This document shows, in pieces, positions 13,831 through 16,948 of a stretch of DNA of 16,948 nucleotides. This stretch comes from Nitrososphaerota archaeon (GTDB lineage: Archaea; Thermoproteota; Nitrososphaeria_A; Caldarchaeales; Calditenuaceae). The notes beneath the pieces were generated by a model, which did no database searches, had not been told where the DNA came from, and saw only the letters and a program-made list of their open reading frames with translations. Position numbers and translations under genes: made by a program. Positions within the stretch are counted from its first letter, which is position 1. Every line of letters starts with the position of its first letter. The stretch is from contig JAVYLC010000029.1 in assembly GCA_038741355.1 (NCBI GenBank), positions 1-16,948 of the forward strand, written 5' to 3'.

Positions 13831-14681
13831 CCCAGGTAGTCAAGGCTCAGCGCCACCCGAGAGATAGCCTGCTGCGAAGCGAGAGGCTTCCACACATATG
13901 GTGCCCCGGATGTGGCATTGGCATAGTCATGGCCGCCTATGCGGACGCCATCGAGGCCTCAGGTATCCCGCCTGAGAAGCATGTCTGTGTTTCAGGTATA
14001 GGCTGTACTGGGAGGGTTTCAGGCTACATGCGTCTCGACTCTTTCCATACGACTCATGGCCGTGCTATAGCTTTCGCCACGGGCCTATCCCTCATGAGAC
14101 CTGACCTAGAGGTCACCGTCATCTCGGGCGATGGAGATATCTGCACCATTGGCGGGAACCATCTGATACATGCTGCTAGGAGAAATGTCGACATCAACGT
14201 GATAATGGTTAACAACTTTAACTATGGGATGACGGGCGGCCAGCATGGCGGCACCACACCCCTAGGAGCAAAGACATACACGTCGCCTTACGGCAACTTT
14301 GAAGCCCCGTTCAACATACCCTACCTAGTGGCTGCTGCGGGAGCCTCCTTCGTGGCTAGATGGACAACGCTACACGTGCGGCAGCTGATCAATGCAATAA
14401 AGCATATGATGAGTGTGGAAGGCTTCGCGTTTATCGAGGTCATATCACCTTGTCCCCCCACCTTCGGCGAGTTCAACAACTTCCCCGAGGCAATCGATAT
14501 GATGGAGTATTTCAGAAAGTATTCTGTGGTGGACCACAATGCCGATCTCAGCAAGATAGACATACGTCTTCAAGGCGAGCCACTGGTTGTCGGTAACTTC
14601 GTGGACAGGAGAAGGCCGAGCTACCAGGAGCTTATTCAGGAGACCATCAGAAAGGCTTCTGGGAGGGGAGAGAGTGTTTGA
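13827..14681 (+). CDS. 2-oxoacid:ferredoxin oxidoreductase beta subunit (TPP-binding)
   Basis: WCPGCGIG, SGIGCTGR, VISGDGD and NNFNYGMTGGQ blocks. GTG start overlaps the alpha stop (GTGA at 13827-13830). Confidence 0.9.
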   Translation: MTQVVKAQRHPRDSLLRSERLPHIWCPGCGIGIVMAAYADAIEASGIPPEKHVCVSGIGCTGRVSGYMRLDSFHTTHGRAIAFATGLSLMRPDLEVTVISGDGDICTIGGNHLIHAARRNVDINVIMVNNFNYGMTGGQHGGTTPLGAKTYTSPYGNFEAPFNIPYLVAAAGASFVARWTTLHVRQLINAIKHMMSVEGFAFIEVISPCPPTFGEFNNFPEAIDMMEYFRKYSVVDHNADLSKIDIRLQGEPLVVGNFVDRRRPSYQELIQETIRKASGRGESV

Positions 14682-15238
14682 GACGTGAGATTAGAATCAC
14701 TGGGTTAGGTGGCCAAGGAGCCATAACGGCTGGCCACATACTTGGAAGAGCAGCGGCAATATACGGCGGCAAAGAAGCAGTAGTGACTGAGGGCTATAGC
14801 CCATACATAACAGGAGGCTGGTCTAGAGCGGACGTAGTAATCTCAGACGAACCTATAGACTACCCGCTTATCACCAAGCTAGACGTTTTAGCCACAATGT
14901 ATGACGAGGGTTTTGTCCAAAACCTCAGACACGTCAAACGCGGCGGAGTAATAATAACCGTGAAAGAACTTGTCAAACACACTTCAAAGGATTACAAGGT
15001 TTTGCCCATACCGGCCATCGAGATAGCCGAGCGTCTAGGTAGGAAGATAGTGGCCAATATCGTGATACTCGGAGCCATAGTGGCTGTTTTGGGTACACCG
15101 CCCCAAGAGGCGGTTGAAAAGGCGTTGGCCGACAGGTTTCCAAAAGCGGTCGATCTTAACCGCAAAGCGGTCCAACAAGGCTTCAACATAGCCTCTGAGC
15201 TGCTTGCTAGCGTAGACGTTTTAGAGAGGAGGTGGTAG
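14678..15238 (+). CDS. 2-oxoacid:ferredoxin oxidoreductase gamma subunit
   Basis: IRITGLGGQGAITAGHILGRAA is the typical gamma-subunit N-terminus. TTG start overlaps the beta stop (TTGA at 14678-14681). Confidence 0.9.
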   Translation: MRREIRITGLGGQGAITAGHILGRAAAIYGGKEAVVTEGYSPYITGGWSRADVVISDEPIDYPLITKLDVLATMYDEGFVQNLRHVKRGGVIITVKELVKHTSKDYKVLPIPAIEIAERLGRKIVANIVILGAIVAVLGTPPQEAVEKALADRFPKAVDLNRKAVQQGFNIASELLASVDVLERRW

Positions 15239-15240
15239 GG

Positions 15241-16948
15241 ATGGTGGACTCTGTTCTAGTTATAGGGGGTGGGATTGCAGGGGTTCAGGCATCGCTCGAC
15301 TTAGCCAAGGCAGGTGCCAGGGTCTACCTTGTTGAAAAAAGCCCCGTAATAGGTGGGAGGATGGCGGCGCTAGATAAGAACTTCCCCACGATGGATTGTT
15401 CGATCTGTATTGAGGCGCCCAAGCTAAGCGAGGTGATGCAGAACAAAAACATTAAGGTCCTAACGCTGGCCGAGCTCGTTGAAGTTAGAGGCGAGGCTGG
15501 AAACTTCTACGTCAAAGTTGTCCAGAAGCCCCGCTACGTCACCGATGAGTGTACGAGGTGCGGTGACTGCGTACCTGTTTGCCCAGTCATACTGAAGAAC
15601 GAGTTTGACGTAGGGATGGGTGCGAGGAAGGCTATCTATCTCCCCTTTGACCAGGCCGAGCCGGGAACATACGTCATAGACATTGAGCACTGTTTGAACA
15701 AGCCTCCCAACTATCTTCCATGCAGCAGATGCGTCGAGGCATGCGGGCCAAAATGCATAGATTTCGAGATGAAAGAGACAATCCATGAACTAAATGTGGG
15801 CGCCATAATAGTTGCAGCCGGCTCAGACCTCTTCGACGCCTCACTAATTCCGGAGTTCAGCTATGGAAGACACCCTGACATCCTCACAGCAATGGAGCTC
15901 GAGAGACTGCTGCAGTCGAGCGGCCCCTCAAGGGGTGAGGTCATAAAGCCCAGCAACCACCGCCACCCGGAGAGAGTGGCGTTCATCCTATGCGTTGGTG
16001 CTCGTGATAAAAGGTTCTACAGTTTCTGTAGCAGGGTCTGCTGCATGTACAGTATTAAGGAGGCGCTACAGCTTGTCGACCATGGAATCAAGGATGTCAC
16101 GATTTTCTACATGGACATAAGGGCTTATGGAAAAGGCTTCGACGAGATGTTTGAAAGAGCAAAGAAGAGCGGTGTCAGATTTGTGCGGAGTCGGCCTGGA
16201 AGAGTTGTCCCTAATGGTGTTGGCATAGACGTTGTCTATGAGGACACGACTACTGGAGAGTTGAGGAAAGAAACTTTCGACATGGTTGTTCTTTCAACAG
16301 CCCTCGTTCCATCGGAGGAGTTGAACAGGTTAGCTAAAACCTTGGGGTTAGAGGTGGGCGAAGATGGCTTCATTAAATCATATGAAATAGACGGAGACTT
16401 CGTCGGGACGTCAAGGAAGGGGATATATGTCTGTGGATGCGCAAGCGGTCCTAAAGACATTCCCGACAGCGTGACAGAGGCTGGTGCGGCCGCTGCAAAG
16501 GCGCTAACCTATCTGACTTCAAGGTCCGTAGAACCTGAAATTTTTGAGGAGACCATAGAGGTCTCGGGTGAGCCTAGAGTTGGTGTTTTCATTTGCCACT
16601 GCGGCTCCAATATAGCGGGGGTAGTTGACATAAAAACGGCCGTTGAACAGTCCAAGAAAATACCCTACGTAGTGCATGTCGAAGACCAGAGGTTCTCGTG
16701 CTCTGGGACGGGTACGAAGCATATCGAGAATGTGATAAGGGAGAAGAGGCTTAACAGGGTTGTTGTAGCGGCCTGCTCGCCGAAGACACATAGCCCAACC
16801 TTCATGAGGGCTTGTGCAAGGGCTGGTCTCAACCCATACCTCCTAGAGATGGCTAACATACGCAACCTCAACTCTTGGGTTCACAAGAACCAGCCCATAG
16901 AAGCCACAAGGAAAGCCGTAGACCTTATCTCGATGGCGGTCGCTAAGG
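15241..16948 (+). CDS. hdrA: Heterodisulfide reductase subunit A-like FAD/FeS flavoprotein; 3' end lies beyond the window
   Basis: I translated this by hand from the ATG at 15241 and found no stop to the window end, so it is not in the supplied ORF track. Motifs: VLVIGGGIAGVQASLDLAKAG, GGRMAALDKNFPTMDCSICIEAPK, CTRCGDCVPVCP, LCVGARDKRFYSFCSRVCCMYSIK, VCGCASGPKDIPDS and VGVFICHCGSNIAG. GGAGGTGG lies 5 nt upstream, and the start is 2 nt after the gamma-subunit stop. Confidence 0.9.
   Translation, partial: MVDSVLVIGGGIAGVQASLDLAKAGARVYLVEKSPVIGGRMAALDKNFPTMDCSICIEAPKLSEVMQNKNIKVLTLAELVEVRGEAGNFYVKVVQKPRYVTDECTRCGDCVPVCPVILKNEFDVGMGARKAIYLPFDQAEPGTYVIDIEHCLNKPPNYLPCSRCVEACGPKCIDFEMKETIHELNVGAIIVAAGSDLFDASLIPEFSYGRHPDILTAMELERLLQSSGPSRGEVIKPSNHRHPERVAFILCVGARDKRFYSFCSRVCCMYSIKEALQLVDHGIKDVTIFYMDIRAYGKGFDEMFERAKKSGVRFVRSRPGRVVPNGVGIDVVYEDTTTGELRKETFDMVVLSTALVPSEELNRLAKTLGLEVGEDGFIKSYEIDGDFVGTSRKGIYVCGCASGPKDIPDSVTEAGAAAAKALTYLTSRSVEPEIFEETIEVSGEPRVGVFICHCGSNIAGVVDIKTAVEQSKKIPYVVHVEDQRFSCSGTGTKHIENVIREKRLNRVVVAACSPKTHSPTFMRACARAGLNPYLLEMANIRNLNSWVHKNQPIEATRKAVDLISMAVAK

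Noticed and set aside
15460-16871. Minus-strand ORFs 15460-15786, 16236-16460, 16519-16791 and 16665-16871
   Set aside because: All lie antisense to the uninterrupted HdrA-like reading frame, which has strong family motifs, so they are shadow ORFs. The same applies to antisense or out-of-frame ORFs within the thiolase, ACAD, ligase and OFOR genes (for example 12616-13137, 8622-9017 and 4487-4807).
1-16948. CRISPR arrays, rRNA and tRNA genes
   Set aside because: I saw no regularly spaced direct repeats, no rRNA-like conserved blocks and no cloverleaf-compatible GC-rich 70-90-nt segments.

Overview
This looks like an archaeal chromosomal segment, probably from a thermophile. The evidence is AT-rich TATA-like boxes about 25-30 nt upstream of start codons (leaderless-style), frequent GTG/TTG starts, start/stop overlaps (ATGA, GTGA, TTGA, TGATG), and typical archaeal gene content. 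By hand estimate the GC content is about 49%.

The window has three parts.

(1) 1-3448 is an accessory-looking region. It holds a roughly 365-nt GC-rich island (about 68% GC by hand count), which is a candidate stable RNA I could not classify. Next comes a tightly coupled four-gene + strand cassette: a small membrane protein, an (S)PPY-motif methyltransferase broken by one in-frame TAG, a 102-aa helical protein, and a 288/295-aa protein that by eye resembles IS110-family recombinases. After the cassette lie about 680 bp of non-coding DNA with nested hairpins, a 14-bp perfect inverted repeat and T-rich terminator-like tracts.

(2) 3449-10537 carries minus-strand acyl-CoA metabolism genes: two DUF35 Zn-ribbon/OB-fold proteins, two thiolase-fold proteins that both appear to lack the nucleophilic Cys, an acyl-CoA dehydrogenase, a class I SAM methyltransferase and an acetoacetyl-CoA-synthetase-like ligase.

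(3) 10848-16948 starts with a Cys-rich 106-aa protein and a 356-aa winged-helix-like protein. These are transcribed divergently from a four-subunit 2-oxoacid:ferredoxin oxidoreductase operon (delta-alpha-beta-gamma). A partial HdrA-like flavoprotein follows immediately; it runs off the window end and is absent from the ORF track.

I found no tRNA, rRNA or CRISPR array. The most interesting candidate is the methyltransferase + IS110-like cassette with its flanking structured non-coding DNA. All family assignments are by-eye motif recognition and need HMM or structure confirmation.
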